This document shows, piece by piece, positions 21,688 to 32,684 of a DNA stretch of 64,000 nt. The notes under the pieces were generated by a model that was given only the letters and a program-made list of their open reading frames with translations, did not search any database and was not told the origin of the DNA. The position numbers and the translations under genes were made by a program. This DNA is from an uncultured delta proteobacterium. GTDB lineage: Bacteria > Myxococcota_A > Polyangia > Fen-1088. Location of the stretch: assembly GCA_963796685.1 (NCBI GenBank), contig CAWCMR010000025.1:736001-800000 (forward strand), given 5' to 3'. Each line of letters starts with the position of its first letter. The first letter of the stretch is position 1.

Positions 21688-22455
21688 TCAACCAAACAGC
21701 GGGAGCGACTTCGAACGCACCTTGGTATTCGGCCCCGGCTGCGATCTCTCCCGCGGCATCTCGTCCCACGTGCGTCCGTCGAGAAGTCGCCCGGCCTTCT
21801 TCTTGTTCGTGCCGCCCCACTGCTTGAAGAAGAACGGCACGCGCGCCCGTCCGCACTGGTCGCGCAGGTCGGTGACCCACCTCGGGTCCATCGCCCGCGC
21901 GCCCGGGCCGGATTCGCCCCCGACGATCACCCAGTCGATCCTGCGCAGGTCGAGCTTCGGCAGGGGACCGAGCAACGGTTCGAGCGAGAGGAACTTCACC
22001 CGCGCGCCCGTTTCCCGAAGCCGGTCGATGCGATCGATGTAGTCGGCATTCTCCACGCTCACGCCCATCCACACGTTCGGCGGCCAATCGAGCTGGGGGC
22101 ACAGTTCCGCAAGTCGATCGCCGCGCTTGGTGAGAATCTGAAAGCGATGCCAGTGCGCGCGCAGCATCACCCCGAACAGGCGCTGGATGTACCCGAGCGG
22201 CACATCCTTGTGAAACAGGTCGCTCATCGAGTTGACGAAGATGGTCTGCGGCTTCTTCCACTTGAGCGGCAGCTCCAGCATTTGCGGTTGCAGCGTCAGC
22301 TCGAACCCATTCCGGTAGTTCGGCTGCCCCATCGCCTGGAGCCGCTCGGCCATGCGCTCGGCATAGCAGTGCTTGCACCCCGGGCTCACCTTGTCGCAAC
22401 CCGTGATCGGATTCCACGTCGACTCGGTCCACTCGATTCCGGACCCCTGGGCCAT
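21688..22455 (-). CDS. DUF5131 (phage Gp37/Gp68 family) protein
   Basis: [45 protein letters not shown] and FFKQWGG motifs. Confidence 0.95.
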   Translation of the reverse strand: MAQGSGIEWTESTWNPITGCDKVSPGCKHCYAERMAERLQAMGQPNYRNGFELTLQPQMLELPLKWKKPQTIFVNSMSDLFHKDVPLGYIQRLFGVMLRAHWHRFQILTKRGDRLAELCPQLDWPPNVWMGVSVENADYIDRIDRLRETGARVKFLSLEPLLGPLPKLDLRRIDWVIVGGESGPGARAMDPRWVTDLRDQCGRARVPFFFKQWGGTNKKKAGRLLDGRTWDEMPRERSQPGPNTKVRSKSLPLFG

Positions 22456-22793
22456 CAGCGCACGCCCTTCAGGAGATGGTTCGTCTTCAGCGCCAGCCGG
22501 GCCGAACCGTCGAGCAAGTCCTGTGGCGCGGACTCGGCAAGGTCCGGGAAAGGCAGATTCGGTGAGGTCGTCCCCGCTTCCGGTCCCCCCGACCGATACC
22601 CGGTTCCCGCGAACGCATCGATGTAGGCCTTCACGAAAGGCCGCGCCGAAGTCGGCTTGTCCTTGAGCGCCTTCGTGTAGGCACCAAGGTACTTGCCGAG
22701 GATATCCAGCTTGGTGGAAGTCCAGTCGCCCCCGAAGCTATGGGCCTTGCCGTACGTGGCTGCCCGCTTGCGCGTCACCATGGCCAGCTCCAT
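22455..22793 (-). pseudogene. tcmP: Three-Cys-motif partner protein TcmP, internally deleted
   Basis: [26 protein letters not shown] and DGSARLAL, then jumps to terminal NHLLKGVR; only ~110 aa. Confidence 0.8.
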
Positions 22794-22987
22794 GCTGCTC
22801 GCGGCGACGGCTGGAGTCTACTTTCGCGCATCATGGTTGCGAGAGAGGCCATGGCCGGATTCTCGGCCAGGAGGGGCCGGAGGTTGCGTGTGGCAATAGG
22901 TCCCCTGCCTCCACTCGGCAACTTCAGCCAAGAACGTTTGTCATTCCGTTGGAAGTGGCGGAAAATCCGCCTGCCCCAAGGTTTTCC

Positions 22988-24398
22988 GGCTCTCCTGACA
23001 TCTTCATGGAAGCGCGGGCACCTTGAAGACGGGATGAAGGACAACGCCTGAGCAGCAGAGGAAGATGAAGCCAATGAGGGCTTGAGCGTTGTGGAAGCCA
23101 TAGGCCCTGCGGGTGATGACCCTGATCTTGCCATTAAGGCCCTCGGTTCTTCCGTTATTGAGCCCTGTGGCGACAATGGCCACGATGCCGTCCAGGTATT
23201 TCTTGATGGTCGCGGCGACCTTCTTGAAGGAAGGTAGTCTGGATCGCCTGGCCCAACTGATCCATTCTTCGAGCTTCTGTTTGACGACGTTGACCTGGCG
23301 ACGACCGAGGATGTCGCAGATGGCGATCTTGAGCAGGTAGCCGCGATAGAGTCGGGCATTGGTCTTCGGGAGGGTCGAAAGCCTCTCAGACTCGGCCCTG
23401 GATAGGTTCCACGGATTCTTGAGCAGAAGGTACTTGGTCTTCTTCAGTTGCCCGCGTTCGTCGGTGTCCTCCAGGAGTCGGACCTCCGCACGCCGGAGCT
23501 CGTCGAGTGCTTCCTGCACGAGTCTCTGAACGTGGAAGCGGTCGAAGACGATCTGCGCTTGTGGCGCTCGCGAGGTGACCGCGTCGATGTAGGCCGCGGA
23601 CATGTCGATGGTGACGGTCTTGAGCTTGCTGGTTCGTTCCGGGCCGAGAGCGTCGAAGAAGCAGCCGAGCGTCGCAGCGTTCTTGCCCTCGTGGGCCCAG
23701 ACGACCCGCTGCGAGACGTGGTCGACAACGACGGTGACGTACTCATGGTGCCGCCGGTACGACAACTCGTCGACGCCGATGTGTTCGAGGTCCTCGAGGA
23801 GAAGGCTAGGATCTCGGTGCCGCGGCACCACCCGCTGGATGATGGCGCCGACGGTGCGCCACGCGATGCGCATGGTTTCGGCCACCATCGTCTGGCTTGC
23901 TTGTTGGGCCAGATAGGCCACGTGGTCCTCGAAGTCACGCGTGAAGCCGACCTTCGGCTCGGCCCAAGGGACCATCTCGATGACCACGCCGCACCGAGGA
24001 CAGTCAACCCTGCGCAGGGTGTAGCGCAGAAGAACCTCCATCCCGCACGCGTCCAGATGCCGCCAGTTCCGAGCCCGAGCATCGAACACGTCATGGACCC
24101 GACATCCGCAGCCTGAGCAGTAGGGAACGGTCGTCGTTGGCGCCACGTGCACCAATATGCCAAGCAGATCGAATTCGACCGCCAGGACACGGGTATGTGG
24201 AAATTGGAGTAGGTTTCGGAATAGGGTGGTTGCGCGCATGGGCTCCTGGGCTTGTGGGTTCCAGACAAGCCACACGATACCCCAGGTGCCCGTGCGCACT
24301 TCGTCTCCACCTCACCCGGAACTCATGCCGCCCACATCTCCGTCGGCGACGTGCGTCGCACCTACGAGATCTCCCTTTACGAAGATGTCAGGAGAGCC
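22988..24398 (-). mobile_element. ISL3-family insertion sequence (1411 bp)
   Basis: Perfect 18-bp IR GGCTCTCCTGACATCTTC; 8-bp TSD GGTTTTCC at 22980-22987 and 24399-24406. Confidence 0.96.
23004..24239 (-). CDS. ISL3 transposase
   Basis: Zn finger CSGC/CPRC; IGVDE, IDMS, DRFHV and EGLNGKIRVITRRAYGF motifs. Confidence 0.95.
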   Translation of the reverse strand: MRATTLFRNLLQFPHTRVLAVEFDLLGILVHVAPTTTVPYCSGCGCRVHDVFDARARNWRHLDACGMEVLLRYTLRRVDCPRCGVVIEMVPWAEPKVGFTRDFEDHVAYLAQQASQTMVAETMRIAWRTVGAIIQRVVPRHRDPSLLLEDLEHIGVDELSYRRHHEYVTVVVDHVSQRVVWAHEGKNAATLGCFFDALGPERTSKLKTVTIDMSAAYIDAVTSRAPQAQIVFDRFHVQRLVQEALDELRRAEVRLLEDTDERGQLKKTKYLLLKNPWNLSRAESERLSTLPKTNARLYRGYLLKIAICDILGRRQVNVVKQKLEEWISWARRSRLPSFKKVAATIKKYLDGIVAIVATGLNNGRTEGLNGKIRVITRRAYGFHNAQALIGFIFLCCSGVVLHPVFKVPALP

Positions 24399-24433
24399 GG
24401 TTTTCCGACGTGCCACCCAGCTCTTGGTGATCT

Positions 24434-25060
24434 GTGAACAAGAAAGACCTCACCGAAGCGGACATCCGAACCAAGTTCATCACCCCGGCGCTGGTCGCCA
24501 GCGGGTGGGATCTCATGACCCAGCTTCGCGAGGAAGCCTACTTCACCAAGGGCCGGATCATGGTTCGCGGCAGGACCGTGGCGCGCGGCGAGGCCAACAA
24601 GGCCGACTATCTTCTCTTCTACAAGCCCAACCTACCCATCGCGGTCATCGAGGCAAAGGACAACAACCACACCATCGCCTCGGGCATGGGCCAGGCCCTG
24701 GAATACGCCGACATCCTCGACGTCCCCTTCGCCTTCAGCTCGAACGGTGACGGGTTCCTGGAACATGATCGCAGCAAGACCGCTGGCACGGTCGAGCGCG
24801 AGTTGCCCATGGACCGCTTCCCCTCGCCCGCCGACCTGTGGGCCCGCTACTGCGCGGCCAAGGGCCTGACCCCCAAGCAGGAAGCCGTCACCACCCAGGA
24901 CTATTACGACGATAGCTCGGGCAAGACGCCCCGCTATTACCAGAACATCGCCATCAACCGAACAGTAGAAGCGGTGGCCCGCGGCGAAAAGCGCGTGTTG
25001 CTGGTCATGGCCACCGGCACCGGCAAGACCTACACCGCGTTTCAGATCATCTGGCGCCTG
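24434..25060 (+). pseudogene. hsdR: Second type I hsdR (EcoAI-like), N-terminal fragment
   Basis: EADIRTKFITPAL, ADYLL..VIEAK, RYYQ and MATGTGKT; similarity ends after IIWRL. Confidence 0.88.
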
Positions 25061-25064
25061 TGTC

Positions 25065-25705
25065 ATGTCAAGCGAACAGATCTCAGGCTCCAATCACGAA
25101 CCGACGCGCGAAGAGCTGGTTGGCGTCGGCAAGAATCCCCGTTTTGACGAGGTCATCGACGATGATGAACAAACGGGCATCGAGGTCGTCTGCCGCCTTG
25201 CCGGAAAGGAGATTCCTCTAGCGAAGCCAAGTCGCGCCTTCTACTTCGGCGACCGAGAACTCTATCTTCAAGAGGCGAAGCGCTTCGATCATGGCGAAAG
25301 ACATCGAATTCTGAATGCCAGCCAATTCCCAGATAACCCGCAGGTTCTGGACGATCTGAAGCGCGCCTGCGTGCGTGGCTTCGTAATCCCATTTGTTGGT
25401 GCCGGGATGTCAACGAGTGCGAACTTGCCCGAGTGGAAAGACTACCTGCTCGGCCTGTGCGACAAGGCGAAGCTGTCCAAGGATGATGTTCGTGCACGGC
25501 TAGAAGTCGACGGCGACTACGAGGGCGTCATGAACGACATCATCGAAGGCATGAAGTTCAACCTGTTCGAGCGCAACTTTGAAAGGGCCTTCAATATCCA
25601 CGAAGACATCGAAGGGGCTGTCGCATCATTGCCGCAGCTCTTCGACTGCGCCGTGATAACGACCAACTTCGATCGCGTCCTCGAAAAGGTCTATGAGAAC
25701 AACTC
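25065..25705 (+). pseudogene. SIR2-like (SIR2_2) protein, 3'-truncated
   Basis: IPFVGAGMS..LPEW and ITTNFDRVLE; the expected KLHG segment is missing and the tail of the ORF is unrelated sequence. Confidence 0.78.
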
Positions 25706-25755
25706 TACGCGGCTTCTTGCGGCAAGTACTCGCGCGCGAAGGTCGTCTTGCCGGC
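25705..25755 (-). pseudogene. Tiny remnant of a zeta-toxin/AAA-like ATPase
   Basis: AGKTTFAREYLPQEAA resembles the GPNGAGKTTFAREFLP N-terminus of that family. Confidence 0.6.
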
Positions 25756-25983
25756 AGAAGCCGACGAACCCGGCCACGGCGCGACTGCGTCCTCGGCGGA
25801 ACCCACACGATGCGCGGCAGCCGGCACGTGAAGAGCAACGCGCTCGCTACCCACGCGTATTCGACCACCGGGGGATGGGGCGACTGCACCTGCGAGGCTG
25901 CCCGCGCCCCACGGCCTAAAGCCGGACACCTCCAGCATTTGCTTCATCCAGGGGCGTAGGTATGATTAACTCTAAGGATTGTC

Positions 25984-26208
25984 ATGACCACATGGGAAAC
26001 AATTGCGGAAAGGGCTAGGGATTTGACGCCTGAGAGGCAGCGTGAGGTCCTGGATTTCCTCGAGTTCCTGCGCACCCGCGACAACACAAAGCAACCCCGC
26101 CGGAGTGCTGCGGGACTGCTCGCGGACTTGAACGTCGACATCTCAGGCGAAGACATCGACGAGGCGCGCCGGGAGATGTGGTCGGACTTTCCACGCCGGG
26201 ACGTTTGA
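25984..26208 (+). CDS. DUF2281-like antitoxin
   Basis: RQREVLDFLEFL..IDEARREMWSDFPR; overlaps the PIN gene. Confidence 0.85.
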   Translation: MTTWETIAERARDLTPERQREVLDFLEFLRTRDNTKQPRRSAAGLLADLNVDISGEDIDEARREMWSDFPRRDV

Positions 26209-26609
26209 TGTCCGGACTCGTCGTCGATACACACGCCTTGATTTGGTATCTCACCGCCTCGCCGCGCCTTTCAAGGACGGCCCTGACCGGCATGGAAGAC
26301 ACGATCGCGGCGGGCGATCCGGTCTACGTACCCGCGATTTGTCTCGTGGAAATCACCTACCTCATCGAAAAGGGCCGCTTGCCACCGGTCACTGCGGTCC
26401 GCATCGCCGAGCGACTGAGTCAACCTGAATCAGGATTGGTAGTAGCGCCGCTCGACCGGGATGTGGCCGACCAGGTGGGTAAGATTTCCCGCGAGCAGAT
26501 CCCGGACATGCCCGATCGAATTATCGCGGCCACAGCCTCACTGCTCGGACTGCCGCTGGTCACCAAGGATGGGCGAATACGAAGCGGTGCTATCGCGACG
26601 CTTTGGTAG
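26208..26609 (+). CDS. vapC: VapC/PIN toxin
   Basis: VVDTHALIWY, DMPDRIIAATA and LVTKD motifs. Confidence 0.92.
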   Translation: MSGLVVDTHALIWYLTASPRLSRTALTGMEDTIAAGDPVYVPAICLVEITYLIEKGRLPPVTAVRIAERLSQPESGLVVAPLDRDVADQVGKISREQIPDMPDRIIAATASLLGLPLVTKDGRIRSGAIATLW

Positions 26610-26672
26610 CATTGACGTGCTCCAGGGGTAGTTCCGAAGCAACCTTTTCGAGGGGTGACCGATAGCCTCGGG

Positions 26673-27060
26673 ATGTCACCCAAGGTCTATATCGAGACGA
26701 GCGTTGTAAAGACCGATACGATCTCTTTGTCTCGGAGGCGGTCCTCGCCGAGGCGGGCGGTGGGGAGCCTCTGGCTGCGCAACGTCGGCTATCGGCGTGG
26801 CGAACCTGCCTGTCTTGACGATCACGGCCGATGTCGGGGACTTGGCTGCCCGCTTTGTGGACGAAGGGGCGCTCCCGCGGAGGGCTTTCGTGGATGCCAT
26901 TCACGTTGCCGCCGCTGCCATTCACGGAATGGACTTCCTACTGACCTGGAATTGCACCCACATCGCCAACGCACGGATCCGTGGTAGGCTTGAATCACTA
27001 TGTCGGTCGCGCGGTCTGCAACCCCCGACGATTTGCACCCCGGAGGAGCTCCAGGCGTGA
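26673..27060 (+). pseudogene. PIN-domain toxin with internal deletion and frameshifts
   Basis: MSPKVYIETSVV / YDLFVSEAVLAE / DAIHVAAAAIHGMDFLLTWNCTHIAN..TICTPEEL, split across frames. Confidence 0.8.
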
Positions 27061-27227
27061 CTCCAATGGCCTGCGATCTCATCGTAGACGAGGTTCGTGC
27101 CATTCGGCAGGCCTATGCTGATTCCCACGGGAACGATCCGTCGGCGATTGTCGCCGATTTGCGCTCGCGAGAAGCTCAGCACCCGCAGCATCTCGTGACG
27201 TTGGCTCCCAGGCCGTTAGAGAAGTAA
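27057..27227 (+). CDS. Small putative antitoxin
   Basis: DLIVDEVRAIRQAYA..DPSAIVADLR, typical of partners of this PIN type. Confidence 0.7.
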   Translation: MTPMACDLIVDEVRAIRQAYADSHGNDPSAIVADLRSREAQHPQHLVTLAPRPLEK

Positions 27228-27633
27228 GGCCAGCACCAGGCGCTGCCAGCCATGAACGCGGTGCTGGTGCAGCCCTACGGGCGGGGCTCACCATGTTCGA
27301 CTCGCTCAGGAGGAATCAGGCCCGTTTCAGACATGTCGCGCACTCCGAGGTTTTGAGATCACGGACTGTGATCTTCTTGCGGAAAGGCTCCACGGATGGT
27401 GCGAGGCGGGGAGGGCCGATCGGGTGGACGGTCTACGAGCGAGCTGCTACTGGGCCTTCAACAACGTTTGGATTGGGATGAGCCAGGTGTTAGTTCCAAG
27501 CACTTTCGTTTCCGGAACGCTTACGTAGCCAAGCGCCGCCCCGCCGCACTGCGCGCTAAAGACGTTGAGCATGACTTCGTAGACTTGTGGGCCGCCGGCA
27601 GCAGGTGCACCCTCGGCACTTTCCGGCTAAACC

Positions 27634-28674
<1,041 letters not shown>

Positions 28675-28697
28675 GGGCGAAGCTCGCCGAGCCGAAG

Positions 28698-29172
28698 TCA
28701 AAGGACCTGCGGGGTGCGGCTTGGCCTTGCTCGACCCGGCTTGGCCTTGCTCGCCCCCGGCGTGCCCTTGGCGGACGAGCTGTTCTGCTCCACCGCGGCC
28801 TTCACCAGCGCCGTGAATGCGCGCCCGTCGACCTTCTCTCCCTCGGGGATGTCGATGGCCCTGCGCGTGTTGCCCCCCAAGCTGGAATTGAAAAGACGCG
28901 CCGGATCCGGCGATCTTGGCCCCCTGGGCGAAGGTGAGCTTCACGACCTTCTTGTACGCCTCCCCGGTGCAGACGATTCCGTGGTGCGACCACACCGGAT
29001 TGCTCCACTTCCACTCCTCGGTCATCTTGGGGGCGGCTTTCAGGATCAGCGCCCGCATGCGAGCCAGGGTCTCCTCGCGCCATCCCCCGAGCTCGCGGAT
29101 GCGCTGGTCGATGAGCCGGGAGGCGGGTGCCCCGGTCGCTTGCTCACGGCCTGCTCCTTGTTTCGAATCCAT
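28698..29172 (-). CDS. DUF1801 protein (frameshift at ~28910)
   Basis: EEWKWSNPVWSHHGIVCTGEAYKKVVKLTF, then LFNSSLGGNTRRAID in a shifted frame. Confidence 0.85.
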
Positions 29173-29268
29173 CGTCGTCCTCCGCTGGAAATCCCGTTTC
29201 TGCCTTTGATGGTGAAGATCAGGCAAAGGGTTCGGGGCCGTGCATGGCCGCACCTACTTCGGCCCGGC

Positions 29269-29970
29269 TTACGGGCCGTAACAGTTGATGTCCGACGGAA
29301 GCGTTTCATTCCCGCAAGGCGGTTCGCCACAACCCCAGAAGAGCTGGCCATCCCGCGTGCCACAGATTTCGTCGCCGATCGCCTTTGCGAAGCACCTTTC
29401 GTGGTTGACCAGGATAGCCTGTCTGGTCGCGGCGCTGACCTTGTTGCACGTCGACTGCATCGGTTTGCACGTGCCATCGTAGTAGGCAACGCAGAGCTCG
29501 TCGGCGGCGCAGGCGCTGCATGCGGAAGATGCGACTGCGTCTGAGGCTGTGTCGATGATGACAGCGCCCACCTCGTGAATGTCTCCGCCATCCATCGTGA
29601 TCCACTCCGCCCCTCCCGCGCCCGAGGCGCCCCCGGTGCTCGCGACGCCGCCGCTTGCGGAGATGCCTCCTGTGCCCGAAGAACCGCCAGACACGGTCCC
29701 TGCTCCGCCGTCGAAGCACGCCATGACGGTGCATCGGACCAGCGTATCTCCGAGGGCTCCGCAGGAGCACGTGTTGCAGTCGTCTCGGAAGCTCTCCCCG
29801 CTGAAGTACGTCTTGCCCTTCCACGTGCATACGCTCGGTCCACTCGCGCCGCCGCTGCCGGAAGCCCCGCCGGTCGCGCCCGAGCTTCCGCCCGCCTGGC
29901 CCCCGGTCCCGCTAGAGCCGCAAGCCACGCCAGTCACCACGAAGAGAACGACAAATAGCTGATTGCGCAT
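29269..29970 (-). CDS. Cys/Gly-rich lipoprotein with pacifastin/VWC-like module
   Basis: Lipobox VAC; C..CNTCSC..CTVMAC. Confidence 0.75.
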   Translation of the reverse strand: MRNQLFVVLFVVTGVACGSSGTGGQAGGSSGATGGASGSGGASGPSVCTWKGKTYFSGESFRDDCNTCSCGALGDTLVRCTVMACFDGGAGTVSGGSSGTGGISASGGVASTGGASGAGGAEWITMDGGDIHEVGAVIIDTASDAVASSACSACAADELCVAYYDGTCKPMQSTCNKVSAATRQAILVNHERCFAKAIGDEICGTRDGQLFWGCGEPPCGNETLPSDINCYGP

Positions 29971-30210
29971 CGACAAGCTCCTTATTCAACGGCTTACGCC
30001 GGCCAAGACGTCGAATCGCTACCGCCTCGGTCGCCCAGCGTTGGCTGCTATGCAAGGACACTGCCGACCTGAAATCCCCTGGATGACGCCCATGTTCATC
30101 CCAACCTGCACGACATGACCCGGACGGATTTGTCAGGCCAGGGCGAAGCACGGTGTATCGGACCCCAGAGGCGCTCCGTCTTCGCTGACGTTCGCCGCCC
30201 GCCACAATAC

Positions 30211-30239
30211 TTGCATACATGCGCATAATAGCATATAAC
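30211..30239 (+). promoter_or_regulatory. Sigma70-type promoter overlapped by a candidate SahR operator
   Basis: TTGCAT-N17-TATAAC; imperfect 20-bp palindrome ACATGC-N8-GCATAT at 30217-30236. Confidence 0.6.
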
Positions 30240-30245
30240 AAATCC

Positions 30246-31190
30246 GTGGCCGCCACCGTCACCAGCGCGCACGCTGACCTCTTCCGCCTCCTCGGCGATG
30301 AAGATCGCTTGCGTTTGCTCGCCTTGTGCGACGCCGAGGAGCTGACCGTGGGTGAGCTGTCCACGCTGCTGCGGCAGAGTCAGCCGCAGGTCACGCGCAA
30401 GACCCAGCCTTTGCGGGATGCCGGCCTGCTGGCCGAGCGGCGGGACGGCACACGCATCCTCTTGCGCGCGGAAGCCAAGGACAATCCCATCGTGCAGGCG
30501 GCGCTGCGCGCTGGGAATGACTTGTGCCTGGCCGAAGGACGGCTGGCGCGCATTCCCAAGATCGTGGCCAGGCGGGAGGAGACGGCGCGAAGACTGTTCG
30601 CCGATGGCGCCGCTGAACCCTCGCCTGGGCCGAATGTTTCGGTCGAGCCGTTCCTGCCGCTGCTGTCGGCCCTCTTGCCCGGGCACCATCTCGCCGTCGA
30701 TGTCGGCTGCGGCGATGGACTGCTCTTGCCCCTGCTCTCGCCGCTCTACGATCGCGTGATTGCGGTGGATCGCAGCGCGGCCCGTCTTGCTCGCGCCGCC
30801 GCGCGGGTGGAGCAGAGCGGACTTCCCAACGTGCGATTGCGCGAGGCAGAGGTGGACGATAGCAACCTGGCGCAGGAGATCGCGCAAACCGGCGGCACCG
30901 ATCTCGTCACCCTCGTGCGCGTCCTGCAATTCATCGCCCGCCCCAGCGATGTCATCGCCACCGCCGCGCGTTTCCTGCGGCCGGGGGGCCATCTCGTCGT
31001 CGCGGATCACGTGCCCCACAAGGACGAAAGCCTGCGCGAGCAAGGGCACGTCTGGCTGGGCTTCGAACCCGAAAAGCTGCGTGCCTGGCTCGGCGAAGCG
31101 GGCCTCGAGGTCGTCGCTTGCGGCCCCCTGCCCGGCGCCTTTGCGCCACCTCTTCAGTTGATTGTTGGAAAAAGAATCGTAAACCCGTAA
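30246..31190 (+). CDS. sahR: ArsR-HTH + SAM-binding methyltransferase-fold regulator (SahR-like)
   Basis: ArsR HTH, VDVGCGDG and HVWLGFE motifs; directly upstream of ahcY. Confidence 0.82.
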   Translation: MAATVTSAHADLFRLLGDEDRLRLLALCDAEELTVGELSTLLRQSQPQVTRKTQPLRDAGLLAERRDGTRILLRAEAKDNPIVQAALRAGNDLCLAEGRLARIPKIVARREETARRLFADGAAEPSPGPNVSVEPFLPLLSALLPGHHLAVDVGCGDGLLLPLLSPLYDRVIAVDRSAARLARAAARVEQSGLPNVRLREAEVDDSNLAQEIAQTGGTDLVTLVRVLQFIARPSDVIATAARFLRPGGHLVVADHVPHKDESLREQGHVWLGFEPEKLRAWLGEAGLEVVACGPLPGAFAPPLQLIVGKRIVNP

Positions 31191-31223
31191 CCCGTTCCCA
31201 TTCACGTTCGCGAAGGAGCTTTC

Positions 31224-32681
31224 ATGGATATCCGCAATGAATTTCCGGCCTACAAGGTCAAGGACATCTCCCTGGCCGAGCTTGGCCGCAAGAAAATCCG
31301 CATGTCGGAAAAGGAAATGCCCGGCCTCATGTCCCTGCGCGAGGAGTTCGGCGCGCAGAAACCCCTCAAGGGCGCGCGCATCGCAGGCTGCCTGCACATG
31401 ACCATCGAGACCGCGATTCTCATCGAGACGCTGGTCGAGCTGGGCGCCGAGGTCACCTGGACCTCGTGCAACATCTACTCGACCCAGGACGAAGCCGCCG
31501 CGGCCATCGCCAAGGCGGGCGTCCCCGTGTTCGCGTGGAAGGGCGAGTCCCTGCCCGAGTACTGGGCCAACATCGAAACCCAGATCTCCGCCTTCAAGGG
31601 CGGCCAGGGACCAAACCTCTTGCTCGATGACGGCGGCGATCTCACCCTGCTCGTGCACAAGGGCGCCGAATTCGAAAAGGCCGGCAAGGTGCCCGATCCG
31701 TCCACGACCAAGGTGGAAGAGATGAAGGTCATTCTCACTTTGCTCGACAAGTGCCAGAAGGCGGACAAGACGCGCTTCACCAAGATGGCGAAGGAAATCA
31801 AGGGCGTGTCCGAGGAGACCACGACGGGCGTGCACCGCCTGTACGAGATGGCCAGGAACAAGCAGCTCCTCATCCCGGCCATCAACGTCAACGACTCGGT
31901 CACCAAGTCCAAGTTCGACAACCTATACGGCTGTCGCGAATCACTCTTCGACGGCATCAAGCGCGCCACCGACGTGATGGTGGCAGGCAAAGTCGTGGTG
32001 GTCGCTGGCTACGGCGACGTGGGCAAGGGCTGCGCGCACGCCGGCCGCGGCCTGGGCGCGCGCGTGCTCATCACCGAGGTCGATCCCATCTGCGCCCTGC
32101 AGGCGGCCATGGAAGGCTACGAGGTCGTCACCATGGAAGAGGCCGCCCCGCAAGGCGACATCTTCGTGACCGCCACCGGCTGCATGGACGTCATCCGCGG
32201 CGAGCACATGTCCGTCATGAAGGACGAGGCCATCCTGTGCAACATCGGCCACTTTGACAGCGAGATCATGGTCAGCTGGCTGGAATCGAACCCCGAGATT
32301 CGCGAAGAGAACATCAAGCCGCAAGTGGATCAGTTCATCCTCCCCGGCGGCAAGCGCCTGACCCTTCTCGCCCGCGGCCGCCTGGTGAACCTGGGCTGCG
32401 CCACCGGCCACCCCAGCTTCGTCATGTCGAACTCGTTCACCAACCAGACCATCGCCCAGATGGCCCTGTGGGAGAACGCCACCAAGGGCAAGGACGCCAC
32501 CACCGGCATGACCTTCGCAGCCGGCCAAGTCTACGTGTTGCCCAAGAAGCTCGACGAGAAGGTCGCGAGGCTGCACCTCAAGAAGGTGGGCGTGCACCTA
32601 AGCGTGCTGAGCAAGGCCCAGGCGGATTACCTCGGGGTGGCGGTCGAGGGGCCGTATAAGCCGGATCATTACCGGTACTAG
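31224..32681 (+). CDS. ahcY: Adenosylhomocysteinase
   Basis: [39 protein letters not shown] and KPDHYRY motifs. Confidence 0.98.
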   Translation: MDIRNEFPAYKVKDISLAELGRKKIRMSEKEMPGLMSLREEFGAQKPLKGARIAGCLHMTIETAILIETLVELGAEVTWTSCNIYSTQDEAAAAIAKAGVPVFAWKGESLPEYWANIETQISAFKGGQGPNLLLDDGGDLTLLVHKGAEFEKAGKVPDPSTTKVEEMKVILTLLDKCQKADKTRFTKMAKEIKGVSEETTTGVHRLYEMARNKQLLIPAINVNDSVTKSKFDNLYGCRESLFDGIKRATDVMVAGKVVVVAGYGDVGKGCAHAGRGLGARVLITEVDPICALQAAMEGYEVVTMEEAAPQGDIFVTATGCMDVIRGEHMSVMKDEAILCNIGHFDSEIMVSWLESNPEIREENIKPQVDQFILPGGKRLTLLARGRLVNLGCATGHPSFVMSNSFTNQTIAQMALWENATKGKDATTGMTFAAGQVYVLPKKLDEKVARLHLKKVGVHLSVLSKAQADYLGVAVEGPYKPDHYRY

Positions 32682-32684
32682 GAG

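Noticed and set aside
15859-21961. RT plus a near-identical repeat pair as a diversity-generating retroelement
   Set aside because: The RT sits inside a complete group II intron (YADD, domains V and VI). The four mismatches are mostly synonymous rather than adenine-specific, and there is no accessory gene.
25885-25960. REP/IS200-like sequence CCCCACGGCCTAAAGCCG
   Set aside because: Only one copy seen, an incomplete hairpin and no associated transposase.
29980-31223. SAH/SAM riboswitch upstream of ahcY
   Set aside because: No recognisable consensus. The sahR-ahcY gap is only ~33 nt, and a protein regulator explains the control.
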